A DNA stretch of 64,000 nucleotides from Amoebophrya sp. A120 (GCA_905178155.1 CAJINV010000002.1:1671216-1735215); one strand, 5' to 3'; positions 1 to 15,100 are shown, counted from the first letter of the stretch. Notes: generated by a model not told the origin, from the sequence alone. Translations and numbers: made by a program.

Positions 1-153
1 AGAGTGCCGGTTTTGCATCACAAATTTGCACTGGAGTGCAGTGCTATTTGGGCAACCAGAACCTGTCATGCAAACAGTGCTAAGAGTGGTCAAAGGGTGG
101 ATTGGGCATTTTGCATGACAAATGAGGGGGAGGGGGAGTTGTGCAGTGTCATA
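1..153. mobile_element. Introner family G (left end outside window)
   Basis: Right end GGGGGAGTTGTGCAGTGTCATA resembles 18406-18630. Confidence 0.8.
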
Positions 154-3100
154 TCAACCCCGTTTCGTTCAAGATCAACTCCATCCTCCCCGGGTACTGT
201 GCATCTGTCGATATGCATTGCAAAAGTGTCGCACTCTTAGTAATTGCAATCATGCATATACAAATCTTTTTCTTGAGGTAAATCAGCAGCACAAATTTTA
301 TTTCTCATGCTGAGGAAATTTGTAATGCATTTACACGAGTACGATACTTTTGCACAGGATAGTCGAAAACCCGTACCAACTGTTCGCCGGCTGACACTCG
401 GCGTGCACCGGATCGGTGTTGGGTCGGAAATCTGGCCCGTTGATCATCTGGTTATATTGCGTCGCCCTCCCGTCTAGTCCGGCGTTGTTGATCCGCCAGG
501 CTGTGGACAGCCCGGAGGTGTGCCACTGTTCCGGCTTCGTCGTGTACTCGTCGAGCCACTCGACCGGTTGTTGGCCACTACTACCGGGGCTTGGCGAGGG
601 AGAAGGACTCGGACTCGTGTTGTTCTGTGCGCCGGGTGTGCAGTGATTCGGTGCGACGTTCTGCTCAATGCCGCACACGTGGTCTCCGTTCCCGTTTTCG
701 ATTCTTAATTGGAATTCCGACGCATGATTATCCTCGGAGCAGGAATTCAGTAAGGTGAGCTGCGTGCTGCTCGCATCGTTTTGGAGAACTAGGTATTTTT
801 GACTTCCCTTGTTCTTCAAACACACAAACACGCTCGTCGTACAACTATCCGTCCACATGTGGTGGTTGTGGTAGTACACCTCCCAATGGAAGTAATTGTT
901 CGTAGTATCCGCAGCAGACTGGAGAATCACTTCGCTCAGCGCGGAGTCGACCCCCAAAGTGTACGTCTCCGCAACCGTTTTGATCACGTAAGAAGGATTC
1001 GGCTGCGGGTCTTGCTGGAAGAACTTAAACCCATTTTCGTCCCCGGTCGCGGTGTTAATGTTCTGCGCTGTGTCGATCTGCACCTTCGCCTGCGCCTTGC
1101 TGAAGAAAACGTCCTTCATAGACTGTTGGTGCCGGATTGTCACCGGCTGTTTGTTCGTGTCACAAGTTCGTGGCGTCGTCGGCTTCGGTTGAGTCGTCCA
1201 AGAACCACTTGCTCCACCGCCTTGGTTTGCCGGCACCCCGCTGCTGACCTGACAGTTGTTTGGCGCCACGTTTTGCTCGACCCCGCAGACATGCTCACTG
1301 GAACCACCATGCACTCTCGTCTGGAACTCCGACGCGATGTTGTCCTCATTGCAGGAATTTTTCAACGTCAATGTCGTCGACGCTGGGTCCTGGTCGTTTT
1401 CCAATACTAAGAACTTCCCAGTTCCTAAATTCTTCAAACAAACAGGAACTAAATCCGTGCAGTTGTTCGTCCACAGGTGGTTATCGTGGTAGTACACCTC
1501 CCAGTGCCAGTGCGCATCGGTAGTTGGGGCCTGGAACTGCAATTTCACTTCCTGCGTAGCGGAGTCAACACCCAACGTGTAGGTCGTCCCTCCAATCGTT
1601 TCAATTCTATACGCCGGATTCGGCATTGGGTTTTGCTCGGTGAAACGGAACCCCGGCTCGTCGCCACTCGAGCCTTGAATATTGGAACTCACGTCGATTT
1701 TCACTTTTCCCTCCGCTTTGGACCAAAACATCTCTTTGTTGCTCCTCCCATGTCGGATCGCCACCGGTTCTTTCGCCGTGTCACAGGACCGCGGCGTCGT
1801 CGGTTTTGGATCGCTGGTCCACGACGAGCCACCAGTACTATTACCCGGAGCTGCTCCACCTCCAGACTGCATTTGACAACTATTCGGCGCGACGTTCTGC
1901 TCAATCCCGCAAACGTGCTCGCCCCCGCCGTTCCCGGTTCGCAGCTGGAACTCGGACGCAATGTTGTCTTGGGAACAGGAATCCAATAGTTGCAAAGTCG
2001 TGCTTGCCGGGTCCTGGTCGTTTTGCAGCACTAAAAATTTCCCCGAGCCCACGTTTTTCAAACACACAAACACCTGATCCGTACAAGACTGCGCCCACGC
2101 GTGGTGCTGGTGGTAGTACACCTCCCAGTGCCAATGGGAGTCGGTAGTCGGTGCGTTTTGCTGCATCTGCACTTCGAGAACAGCACCGTTCGTGACGACG
2201 CCTAAATTGTACAGATTGTCAGTGGTTACAATCTGGTAACTCGGATCGGGAGAAAGCGTCTGCTCCACGAATTTCAACTGATTCAGATCCCCGTTGGGTG
2301 TGTGGATATTGTTCGCTGTGTCGATCTTCACCTTCGCCTCTGCTTTCGACCAAAAAATCTCCTTGTTACTCCTGCCGTGCTTGATCGTCACCGGGTGCTT
2401 GTTTGTGTCGCAAGTCCTGGGAGTAGTCGGTTTCGGGTCACTTGTCCACGACGAACCACCAGGCGAAGCAGGACCAGGAGCCGGGCTCGGCTGGGACAAA
2501 AACGACGGCCGGATTCCCCTGTTGACACACTTCGGAAAGTTCGGAACCCGGCAGGTGGTTTCGATTTGCTTGATAAACAAAATCCCATACCCCTCCTCGA
2601 CGACTTCCAACGTCTGCCCCGCGTCAAATTGCACAATGTCCTCGTGCACGATTTTCCTATCCAGCGCGGACGTGTCCACGTGGGTGGAATCAAGTGTCAC
2701 ACTTCGCACCGTCTCCGGCGGCTGGACGTCCCCGTAGAAATCCCGACCGGATTTTAACAACTGCACCGAACCTTCATGGTTGCACCCGCCATAAAGAATT
2801 TTGAAACTCCCGTAGTACGGTGGGGTGAAACTCACCCCGTGTTTGGTAGCGGCGCCGAACGTGAAGAAGTGCTCCGTGTTCCCGCAAGCGTACCGGTGGT
2901 TATTCGCATTTACAATACTCTGTGTCCACATCTCAGACGTTTGCTCGGTTGTCTGGTATCAAAGAAAAAAAGTTCGTCACGGTCACTCATGCGCCGTCTC
3001 GCAATACAAAACTTTCTGTCATGCGTAAAAATGCATCACAGCCACAAGGGATTTCCCTAGTGTTTCTGCAATACAGAGGAAAGTTGTGATGCTAAAAAAA

Positions 3101-6100
3101 CTTGTAATGCAAAACCTGCAAGTCAATGACTGCGACAAACTTTTTTCTCTCCATATCTGGTACCCTCTTGACAACAACGATCCATGCGACGTCGGCGTCC
3201 AGAGAAGGTTGTAAGGAGAGGTGGAAGTAGGACCTATCGGGCTGGTGCACATCTGCGGCACTTGCTGATTGTCACTGTAGTCGATTTGGGGTAACTCCTT
3301 GAACACGGTAGTCCTGTTACAATCCACCTCAAATTCCTTGATGTAAATCAAACTCCTCCCGGTGTTCCCCACGCGGAGTCTGTCCCCGTTTTGAAAAACC
3401 TTCACGACCTCGATATCCCGATTCGTCACGCCCAGAGAATCATCATACAGGTCTTCCTTCAGATTCCCGAAGAAATCGTAGAGTGTCGCGTTCACCCCGG
3501 ACCTTCCATCATTTTCCCCGCAATTCCCGAACCGGAGTCGGAACACCCCAGTACCGGAAAACTCCAATTCCGCATACGGCTTCGGCTATCAAATGCAAAT
3601 ATGTCTGGGTCTGGAACATTGCCACACTTGTCATGCATATTTTGCATGGCCCCTGATGCCTGTAATGCATGGCCTAGCATCACATATTTCTAGAGGGCTT
3701 CCTGATGCCTATGTATACTGCATGAGAAATGCCCTCTCCGTGTAGATCAAACCGGACTCCTCTTGCTGGTCATGCAATACAGATTTTTTTCGAATCCGGA
3801 AACAGCATCACAAGTCGCAACCTTCCAGACCCAGACATTTTTGCAATCCATATCGGCTGCGTTTGGTCGATACTCGCCGGAGGACTCCCGTGGTGGCTGT
3901 TCCAGTGATCCGGTTGCGCGTAACTAATATCAACTGCAAAAGTGTCTGGGTCTGGAAGATTCCGAGACTTGTCATGCAGCTTTTCCAAGCTCCGCCAAGT
4001 CTGCAATGCAGGGCATAGCATCACAGGTTCTGCAGCCCCTTGGTGATGCCTATTCTGCATGAGAAATGCTCTCTGAGCATGGCCAGAAATGGACAGCTTT
4101 TCCAAGCCATGCAATACAGATTTTTGTAGGATGCGCAACACGCATCACAAGTTCGCAGCCTTCCAGACCCAGACATTCTTGCATTTGATAACTAACACCG
4201 TAGAACAAATCGTTTGTGTTCGCGAGGTAGAAGGCGTGATTTGTATTCGTATACCACTGGTTGTTGTAAGTACAACTTCCAAACTCCGCAGCATCGTTGT
4301 GCTTCCTCCCGTCGGAAAACCCATGGTAGAACTTCCAACCGTAATCGAGGAGATCGCGTTCTGTTTTGACCACCCTCCGCCCGCCGAAGTTCTGGCAGAT
4401 GGCTTGGTAGCACTGGAACTGCACTCTTTGGATGTAGAAAGCAGAATAGGGGATGCTCTTGTCCTGCACCACCACAGAAAGCGTTTGCTGCTTCGTCGGG
4501 TGGTTGTTGTTGTATAAATCCACGGTCTGGCTTGAGGACGCACCGGGGGTCGTCAGTGCGGTCTGATCATTCCCAAGGAGTTGAAAAACCACCCCGGTTG
4601 GCTGTCTGCGTTCCGGATTACACTCGCCAAACTCCACCATCACATTGATCCGCATGTGCTCTTCCAGCATGAACAAACTCGCGTTCAGCGTAGTCGTGTC
4701 ATCCGGCCCCTGCATCGCGTGATATCTTGCTCCACAGGTGTCCATAGGGTCTAACTCCCCACCGGTGATGCTGCTGCTGTGATTCCTAAGTGACGGCTCC
4801 TTCTCAAATCCGGTCGGGTGACTTGGAAACTTCCACCCGCGGGCGACTAGAGAGGAAGCGGTGTTTGGGTAGTAGATCTCGTTTTTACACGCGGCGGTGG
4901 GTAGTTGGGAGAAATCCTCCTCCGCGGTATTTGTTGTGTTTTTCGCGCAGTAAAACCCAACTTCCTTCACGTATAAAATTGCGGAGTGAAACTCCTGCAG
5001 CACAAACTTGTCCCCCGGTGCCATAAACACCACCTGCTCCTGATCGAAGTTATGTCTCTTCACCCTGGACAATAACTCCGGTGACTGGTTCTTCCTGACG
5101 ATTTGCGCGTTGATGAAACCGTCTTCTTGCGAATCGTAGCAGTTTCCGAAAATTACCTTCAAATTCCCGGACTGCATGCCTTTCCACTCATAGGACAACT
5201 GCGGCGGGTTCTGGTCATCGCCCGACGGACCCCAGCCGTACCAGTGCTTCTTATTCCCACACTTCTCCGATTCCAATTGGCCAAAAAACCGGTCCGCGTG
5301 GAGCAAATTGTTCTGTAACTCAAACCCAATATCGAGCAAGTCCTTCGTGGTTATCGGGTAAAACGGAACGAAATTCGCCAAATTCGTGTACTTCAAACCG
5401 AAATCGTACGCGTCCTTCACGAAATCACAAGAATTTTGCGGCGCGGAGGGGGAAGTTTGGATGCCTGCGCCAGTACTTTGCGGCATGTTGCCGTTGCTGT
5501 CGGGTAGAATCCGAAACGTCCGGCACACCGGCGTGTCTTTTTTCGTGGCGGAGACAATCTGCCACCGCTCGTCTGGACCGCAGGATCGTATCCCACGAAA
5601 AAAGTAGTGTTACAGTTACACATTTGTAGTCAATTCAGCAACACAATAAATTTCTCTGGATGGCAGAGAAAACTTGTAATGCAGAAATCCTACGGGACAA
5701 CACCTATGAAACGGAGCTCCCATGCATATCCGGCATGACAGAGCTTGTCTGTCTTGCTTGGCCTGCAACACAATGTGTAAGTGTAACTCTTTTTTCTTCC
5801 GATAGATTGGGAATCTAGTTTATCGCGATTGTTCAGCGACGGATCCGCGTCGTTGTCGCGTAAGTAGTACCTATGCATTGCAAATGTGTCTCGGTGGTCT
5901 GGAAGAGTGCGCTAGTTTGTTATGCACGTTTTGCATGACCCAAGCTGTCTGTGATGCATGTCCTAGCATCACAGATTTTTTGAGGGCTTTTTGATGCCTA
6001 CTGCGCATGAGAAATAAGTACCCTTTCCGCACAGCAAAAACTGCACCTCTGTTGCTGCTCATGCAATACAGATTTTCTTCGAGTCCAAAGGTAGCATGAC

Positions 6101-9100
6101 AAGTTGCACTCTTCCTGACCCACACATATTCGCATTTGATAATACCCGTTCTGCACCGATTTGATGCAGACGTAGAACGCGTTCGCATTGTTACTCGCGG
6201 GTTGTTATGAATTGCAAATGCGTCTGGGTATGGAAACTTGTAATGCTAAAGCTGAATGATAGACACACTGCAATACGCAGCTACGCATGACAAATTTTTT
6301 GGCTGCCATGTCTTAGGTATTCCGCATGGCAAACTGCGTTTTTGCATGACACGTAAGAGGGGCTTTTCGTGCCTATGCTACACAGATTCTCGAGTCATGC
6401 CAGACAAGCATCACAAACTTGCATTCTTCCAGACCCAGACATATTTGCAGTTGATAGTTGTTGCCCAGGACCCCCACTCGGCGGGGTCTGATCGGAATGC
6501 TCGGTGATTTCCCAGATCTCATTGTCCCCCCAAATCAACTCCCACTCGCTGTGACTGGTAGCGGAAAAAACCATCTCTGGCCGCATCACCATATTGTCCC
6601 GTAAGTGTCGTCTGTGGTAGTAACTACGGATCAAGTAGCGATTCGGATATCCAGCGTTTAATAGCTTCCACTGCGCATCCGTAGCCTCCTGGGTCGTGTT
6701 GAAAATAGCCGGGGAGGGGAGAACCCCGGGTCGAATTTTGCGGTAGATGTACGCTTCTATGTTGTTCAAACCCGTGGCCTCGTAACTGTCGCATTTTTCG
6801 TAGATTCGGCACCCGGCGTCGGAATAATAGGTGAAGAAGTCGCAATTTTCGAAGTCGGAGCAGTGCTTGGCGCACGTATCCACGTTCCCGTACCCCGGGC
6901 CGCAGTAATTGCAGGCGTGGGTGAGAGAAATCCGATCAGATTCCGGACAACTTTTATCCGTTTCCTGGAGATTTCCGTGCCGTTGGTACTCGTATTCAAC
7001 CGGGTTGATGACTATCCTGGGCTCGAAATTACCGGTGGACGAAACGGCGAGAAAAGCGTCCTGGTTGTTCTTCCCCGAGCGGATGTGCACCGGGATCCCC
7101 AGTTCGCAGGAAAGAGACGGAGGACCGCCAGACGAATGGTTCGGGTCGTGGGTTGTAGCCCCCGTGTTTGGATTTACCGTTGTGTAGGTGGTGAGCTGTC
7201 GTCTGCTCGGTGCTTGCGTCGTCGGCGGCGGAGTGGTCGTCTGAATCGCGGTTTGCCACTCTTGTAAGTTGATATCCACGGGGGACTTCGCCCGGGCAGA
7301 ACAATATCAAATGCAAAAATGTCTGGGTCTGGAAGATTTTGAGATTTGTCATGCTTGTCTGGCATGACCAAAAAGTTTGTGATGCGTGTCCAAGAAGAGA
7401 CACTTTCGCCTGTCATGCAAAAACGCAGTTTTTCATGCGAAAAACGCAGCACAAAGAAGCGCAGATATTTCTCATGCTTGCCTATGCATTACAGAGCATT
7501 CACTATTCCCAACGCAGCATTACAAGTTTCCAGACCCAGACATTTTTGCACTTGATAAACAAGCGGATCCCCCGAATGCGTCCACAATGTCGAAAATTGT
7601 GTTGGAATTCGTGCTATCAACTGCAAAAGTACTTGTACTATAATCGCAATACTGCATGACAAATCATCTATTTTACCCGAATCCGCATTACAAATTGCAT
7701 TTTTGATTCTGGAAAAATTTGTAATGCAATTTCCACTCTGTACGGTGCTTTTGCAATGCATACGTGCTTTCCACTAAGGTCTCCAACCAACTGGCATCTT
7801 GAAACCGCACAAAGCGATTCCGTATGGATTGCAAATGTGTCTGGGTCTGGAAGAATACAGACTTGTGATGCGCATTTCAGAACACAGAAAAATCTCTCAT
7901 GCATAGGCAGCAAAAGCTAAAGCTGCCTACCTTCTGTCACCAAAGTGGGGGACTTGTCATGCGGATTCGGCATTGCGGAAGCTTCTCGAAACCTGTGATG
8001 CTAGAGCTTCCATGCCAGACCTTCTCTGTCATGCAAAAACAGCATGACTCTTCCAAACCCAGACATATTTGCAATCCATATTCCGACCAGAACTCCCCGG
8101 CAAGTCCGTTGCACGCAGCCGGAATTTCGGGTAGGATTGGGATGAAGTAGAAGAACTACCGCCTGTGGATGAAACTACTGGTACTGGCTCCAACTTCCAC
8201 GGCGAATTCTCCGGCCAGTTGCTTGCTATCAGCCGGTCGTCTCCGGCAGAAGCAGGGACCGCATATTTCTGCTGAATAAACTGCCCCCCGTATCCTGAGT
8301 AAAAACATCCCCACACCAGAGTCAAGATGCGAAATCTGCTATACAAATCCACCAGCTTTGGTTGTTTCGCATGACAAGTTTGTCCTCGTACTGTGATCCT
8401 GTTCAGCTAGTTCAGAAGCATCACAGATCCAGCATATCATGCTGATTCTAGCGTCACAAATTCCTAAATACGAATAGGAAATGCTTCTCATTGGGCTCCG
8501 CATGAGAAACGTTTTCGGCATGCAGATTTGCATGACAACTCTGGGGTGGGGACGTTTTTACTCAGAATACCCCGGCCGTCCGGAGGTAAAACTCATTCTG
8601 CAACTCCGCGACGGCGCCAAACGGACCGTACTTGGTGAGAATCACACAAGCATTCGAGTTATCCAGTGCAAACATGTCAGGGTCTGGAAAAGTGCAACGT
8701 CTGTCATGCATATTGTACATGACCCGTGATGTCTGTGATGCATGCCCCAGCATCACAGATTTTTAGAGGGCTTTGCGATGCCTCTACCGCATGAGAAATG
8801 CCCTCCCCGTGTACTAGCACAAACTGAACTATTCTTGCTGGTGACGCTATGCAAATTTTTGTAGAATCCCAAGGCAGCATGACAAGTTGCAGCCTCCCAG
8901 ACCCAGACATATTTGCAATGCATACAAGTTCAGCGGTTGGTTTGGATTGCTGTTCGCATCCGGATTTGACATTTGCGGGATGCCGTGCGCTATCCTGTGC
9001 AAAAGTATCTTCGTACAAGTGGAACAAATCGCATGACAAATTTCCTCAGTGTGAGAACTGGAATTTGTAATGCAGATATACCTTAAGAAAAATATTCGTA

Positions 9101-12100
9101 ATGCCTGACTGCAATTGATAGTACGATACTGTTGCAATGCATAGGCGAGGCTTCGCTGAGCGGCGTCCGGTCGTAAACCGTAACAGGGTATCAACTGTAA
9201 AAATGTCTGGGTCTGGAAGATTCTGACATATGTCATGCACGTTTTGCATGAGCCATGATGTCTGTGATGCAAACCCTAGCAATACAGGTTTTCTGAGGGC
9301 TTCCTGATGCCTATTCCGCATGGCAAATGCCTTCTCAGCGGAGCAAAAATTGCATTCCCTTTGGTACTTATGCAATACAGATTTTTTTGGAATCCAACTG
9401 CAGCATCACAAGTTGCATTCTTCCAGACCCAGACATTTTTACATTTGATACCGGGTGGACCAACTGCTTGTTCTGTTGCGAGCGGAAGAAGAGGCAAGTC
9501 TCTAACGGGCAAACGACCTGATTGTAACTCGTGATATTTGCGGCGTAGTCGAAATGGCCGTAGAGGGTCGTCGTTGGGGTCATGGTGGTCGTGACTTGTT
9601 GATTTGTTGTCGTGGTAGTCGCAGTTGAAGACTTCTGTTGATCAACATTCCACCTCGATGCGAATCCGCAGTGCAGCCGATCTCGCACCTCCTTCTGCGA
9701 ATCAATTTGAAACATCGAGCTTGGCATACCGTACTTCTGCTTGTCCAGAGGGCCACCAACCGGGCTTGTTGTCGACGTTGTGGTACTCCACGAGTCACAC
9801 GCCCTCGACCCGTCGGAAACTTTCTGCACCTGAAAGATGTTGTTTCCAGATCCAGTGGCTGATGCCCACCGATCCATGAGGCCATTTGTTCCGTAACTCG
9901 TGTTATCAAGTGCAAATATGTCTGGGTCTGGAAGAGGACAAGTTTGTCATGCACATTCTCCATGATCAACGATGTCTGTTATGTATTCCCCAGCATCACA
10001 GATTTTTTGAGCGCTTATCGATGCGCATCCCGCATGACAAATGCCCTATCTGTGTAGTAGCCAAATTTGAGTGCAGCTCTTGCTGGCCATGCAATACAGA
10101 TTTTTTCTTGCATCCAAATGCAGCATCACAGGTTGCATTCGTCCAGACCCAGATCGATATTTGCATTTGATACGTGTCCATGTAGCCCCAATAGCCAGAG
10201 TACCGGTTTTTGATCCACACAAACCAGGGGCTCCAACTATCCACCCGCTGGAGCAAAAAGGTGAATTGCGTTTTGTTCCACGCATTCAGTGCCACGCTTT
10301 TCTCCAGCGTCATGGAATCCGGCGCTTGTGACGTCCGGAGAAACCCCATTTCGCGGCTCCAGGGCGAAAATTGGGTATCCTTATCCGGTCCGCCAGGAAG
10401 GTATTGCAGGACAAAACCACTTATGCACTGCAAATATGTCTGGGTCTGGAAAGGTGGGACTTGTCATGCGCGTCTTGCATTCCTGGAAAATCTGTGTTGC
10501 ATAACCAGCATGTGAGCAGCTTCCCTTGTTATGCAAAAACGCAATTTCTAATGCGCGTCAGGCAGCAGAAGGCGGCGCGAAAATTTGCCATGCGTGTCTG
10601 ACATTGCAAGCGTTGCAGTCATGCGCGGTACAGCATCACAGGTTTCCAGACCCAGACATATTTGCATTTGATACCACTCGGCTTGCTCATGCCCGCATTC
10701 GCGTCCTGCGGGTAAAACCCCGCGTAGAGTAGTTGGAAGCTGTCGGTGGATTCGTCAAACGTGCTTGACGGGCCGAGTGCGAGCGTGAACTGCGGATCCC
10801 GTGCCAGCGGCCGGTCGTAGTAGTTGGACATAATCCTGACTTTTGTCCCCACTTCGCACATCGTGCTTCTCACCCCGGCCCGGAAAAAGTGGCCCTTTTT
10901 CGGCACCCGTTCGCAGGAATTGTGACCGGATTTGTCGTATGTATTGCAAATATGTCTCGGTCTGGAAGATTGTGGGATTAATATTTACATTGCTTGACTT
11001 CCGGGCTCTGGTAACGCATACCCCCGGCGACAGGTGACCTTGACAGGTGACCTTGACAGGTGACCTTGACAGGTGACCTTGACAGGTGACCTGGACAGGT
11101 GACCTGGACAGGTGACCTGGACAGGTGGGCGCGACAGGTGTTGGCGACAGTCGAACGCCCTTGCCCCACTAGCGTTGCGCGCACTAAGCGACCACGCGCG
11201 CGCCTGGTGTGAGGCAACCCGATGCCGAACTTCCTGCCCCCACTAGTGCCTCGTGCACTAAGCCACTATGCGCGCGCCTGGTGTGAGGCGAGGGGCGGAC
11301 GCTGTCCGCCCCGATGCCGAACACCCTTCCCCCACTAGTGCTTCGCGCACTAAGCCACTATGCGCGCGCCTGGTGTGAGGCGAGGGGCGGACGCTGTCCG
11401 CCCCGATGCCGAACACCCTTCCCCCACTAGTGCTTCGCGCACTAAGCCACTATGCGCGCGCCTGGTGTGAGGCGAGGGGCGGACGCTGTCCGCCCCGATG
11501 CCGAACACCCTTCCCCCACTAGCGCCACTAGGGATGGGCACAAGGCCCCAGCGTGGGGACCCTGTCCCCACGCGTGGACCTTGTTTCTCATGCTAGTTTG
11601 GCATGACTCTGAACTCTGTATTGCGTGCCCCCGCAGACCTCCTCTTGTCTGTCACGCAAAAACGATGTTTCTCATGCGGAATACGCAACACAGAGCCACG
11701 AGAAAATCTGTCATGCTTTGCGGTGCATTAGAGTCGTGTGCTTTCTGTTCACTGACATGTATCACAAGTTTCCAGACCCAGACATACTTGCAGTTGATAT
11801 GTCGCGAAAGAGGAAGTTTCCGGACGGGTTATTGTGGGCGGTGCTGAGCTTCACCGTGTGGATATCGTAAGGAAAAGTCCCCCCTCCCCACATCGAAATG
11901 GAAATTTGTGATGCTGATCTGTGACCACAAATCAGCTTTGCCTTGCGTACAAGGCAAACGGCACCCATGTGGCGCATGGTGCAGCGAGTCTGTCATGCGT
12001 TCTCGCCTATGTCAGACTTGTTTCTCATGCTCAGCTGCTAGCGGGATGCGTACCCAATCAAATATCCGGAATATGCCGACAAGCTCTAGCCGCAATACAA

Positions 12101-15100
12101 AGCTCATTTGATGTGTACACAAATCCAGCAACACAAGTCGTCTTTTGAATATGGGGTGGGGTCTTTTTCCACTTTGATAGTGGAGGTAGGTGGAGTCGTA
12201 TCCCACGAAAAAAGTGTTACAGTTACACACTTGTAGTCAATTCAGCAACACAAATTTCTCTGCATGAGAGAGAAAACTTGTAATGCAGAAATCCTACGGG
12301 AAAACACCTATGAAACGAGGCTCCTATGCATATCCGACATGACAGAGCTTGTCTGTCTTGCTTGGCCTGCAACACAATGTGCAACTGTAACACTTTTTTC
12401 TTGCGATAAGTCGTGGTCCCAATAGTAGAGATTGTTGTTCACATTGACGTAGTATCAAGTGTAAAAATCCCTGGATGTCTGGAAGGATGTAACTTGTGAT
12501 GCGCATTTCAGAACACACAAAAATCTCTGATGCATAGGCAGCCAAAGCTGCTCACTTCTGTCACCAAAGTGGAGGATTTTTCATGCGGATTCGGCATTGC
12601 GGAAGCTTCTCGAAACCTGTGATGCTAGAGCTTCCATGCCAGACCTTCTGTGTCATGCAGAAACACCATGATTCTTCCAGACATCCAGGGATTTCTACAT
12701 TTGATACGTAGAGGTACTTTAACTCCGCATCACTGTCGGCGTTCGAAATCATCCACTTGAAATTCTCCCACCATTTATCCTGAGTAAAAACGTCCCCACA
12801 CCAGAGTTGTCACGCAAATCTGCATGCTGAAAATGTTTCTCATGCGGAGCCCCATGAGAAGCATTTTCTAGTCGTGTTTTGCAATTTGTCATGCTCCAAT
12901 CAGCATGGTATGCTAGATCTGTGATGCTTCTGAGCTAGCTCAAACAGCACTACACTACGAATGCAAATTTGTCATGCAAAACAGCCAAAACATGTGGATT
13001 TGTCTAGCCGATTCCCCATCTTGACTATGGTGTGGGGACGTTTTTACAACTCAGGATACCACTTCTCCCCCGTACTACTAGCCGTTTCCTGCTTGTCTTT
13101 AATCCAACTCCCGCTTACCCAAACTAACCTCATGTCGCTGGTATCCGCGTAGAGATACGCATCATTATTGTTTGTCGTGTGCTTCACGAAGTACCCATCC
13201 GCGTGCACTTTCGTGACAGAATCCTCATCCTGGTCAAAACTCGGAAACCCAGTCACCGGATCCCTGACCCGGTCGGAGAACTGGAAGCAATTTTCCGGAT
13301 TCGCCGGCATGTCGTCCTGTCCTTGACTTACGGAAATTCTCCCGTGCCCTTGTTGATTGATGCCCAACAAAAACCGCCGGTTTGCGTAGATGTAGATACA
13401 CCCATTCATTGGACATTCCACGTCGAAATGCCGTCCCACCGGCCAGTATCAAATGCAAATATCCCTGGATGTCTGGAAGAATGCAGGAGTTTGTCATGCA
13501 GATTTTGCATGACCCATGAGGTCTGTGATGCATCATGCCTTAGCATCAGAGATTCTGCGAGGGCTTTCTGATACTCATACCGCATGAGAACTGCCCTCTC
13601 CGCGTGGCACAAATTACACCGCTACTTTTGCTGTTCATGCAATACAGATTTTCTGTAGAGTCCAAAGGTAGCATCACGAATTCCAACCTTCCAGACATCC
13701 AGGGATATTTGCAATGCATAGCCAGTGCTTGATCCCCTGAAAGCCGTCAGAGTCCGCGTCGGGGACGTTTTGATAGAACTTCGTGAAGTCTAGGGTTGTA
13801 CTTCCCGAAAAGGGCGGTAGTGTCGTGGGAGGCGGGGTATCAAATGCAAATATGTCTGGCGGGTCTGGAAACTTGTGATGCTGAAATGTGCATGGCTGAA
13901 ATACTTCCCAGTGCAGCCAAGCATGACAAGTTTGCCGAACACTTCCTCATTCGCAGTCCGCATGAGAAACTGCGCTTTTGTAAAACAACAGGAGGTGTCG
14001 TTTTGTTAGTCATGCAATACAGATTTTACAGGAATGTCGGACTAGCATTACAAGTTCAATGTTTCCAGACCCAGACACTTTTGCAGTGCATACGGGGTGG
14101 TGGTGGTGGTAGGCTGGGGCACCGGGAGAATGCGGGATATCGTGTGCAAAAGCATCGTACTCGTACTAATCGCATCCACGCATTACAAAGTTCTCTTCTT
14201 TCTCAAGTCAAGTCCGCATTACAAATTCCATTTCATCTAATGCTGAGCAAATTTGTAATGCGATTTTTACTAGTACTATGCTTTTGCATTTCATAGGGGA
14301 AGTCACGTAACAATTACCTTTTCCCAACTCGCACGGCGTGTCGAGGATGAAGTTCTCCTCGACGACAACAACGTAGTTCTCAGGATCGTACTCTTGCGAC
14401 CCCAAGGTGACCCCCTCGATGCAGATGCCGTCGGAGCCGGTTAGGTGGAATTCGATTTCCTCCGGTTTTTCCTTGAACGTGATTTTTATTTCCTCATAGC
14501 CCTGCAGCCAGTCCGTTTTCAACGTTTCGAAAGTCTGCATCGTCTGCGTATGCGTTGCAAATATGTCTGGGTCTGGAAACTTGTGATGCAAGGGAGGGAA
14601 TCGCGAAAGCACTGTAAAAATGCGCGGCCCAGCATGACAAGTTTTGCCGTGGATGTTCTGAGTTGCGTACTCCGCATGAGAAGCTGCGTTTTTGCATGAC
14701 AGGCAAGAGGAGCTCTACTTCTCGGCCACGCAATACAGAGTTCAGAGTCAACATGCCAGACTAGCATGGCAAATCTCGCAATCTCCCAGACCCAGATCGA
14801 TATTTGCAATGCATAGTGCGACGCCTGGTCAAATTTCCGCCCGCGGATTTGCAACACTTGCACCGTGCCACTCCAACCGTAATCCATACAGGGCTATCAA
14901 ATGCAAAAATGTCTGGGTCTGGGAACTTGTGATGCTGAAGTACGGATGACTGAAACGCCATCGAATGCAGCCAAGCATGACAAGTTCTTGCAACGCTGTC
15001 TCATACGTAGCACGCATGACAAACTGCGTTTCTGCGTGACAAAGAACGCTGCGCATTTGCTGGTCATGCAATACAGATTTTCTTGGAATGTAAGACCAGC

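Larger units (their letters stand above)
10979..11584 (+). mobile_element. Non-autonomous rolling-circle (Helitron/Helentron-like) element nested in introner 10938-11799
   Basis: No TSD; inserted at AT|TT. 5' end TAATATTTACATTGC. 3' hairpin GCGTGGGGAC-cct-GTCCCCACGC followed by GGACCTTGT. Both ends resemble those of 22700-24223. Confidence 0.65.
10938..11799. mobile_element. Introner family A carrying a 606-bp nested element
   Basis: DR TGTCG. Confidence 0.9.

Noticed and set aside
799-2757. Plus-strand ORFs antisense to large exons (also 19134-20207)
   Set aside because: Shadow ORFs caused by codon bias of the minus-strand gene.
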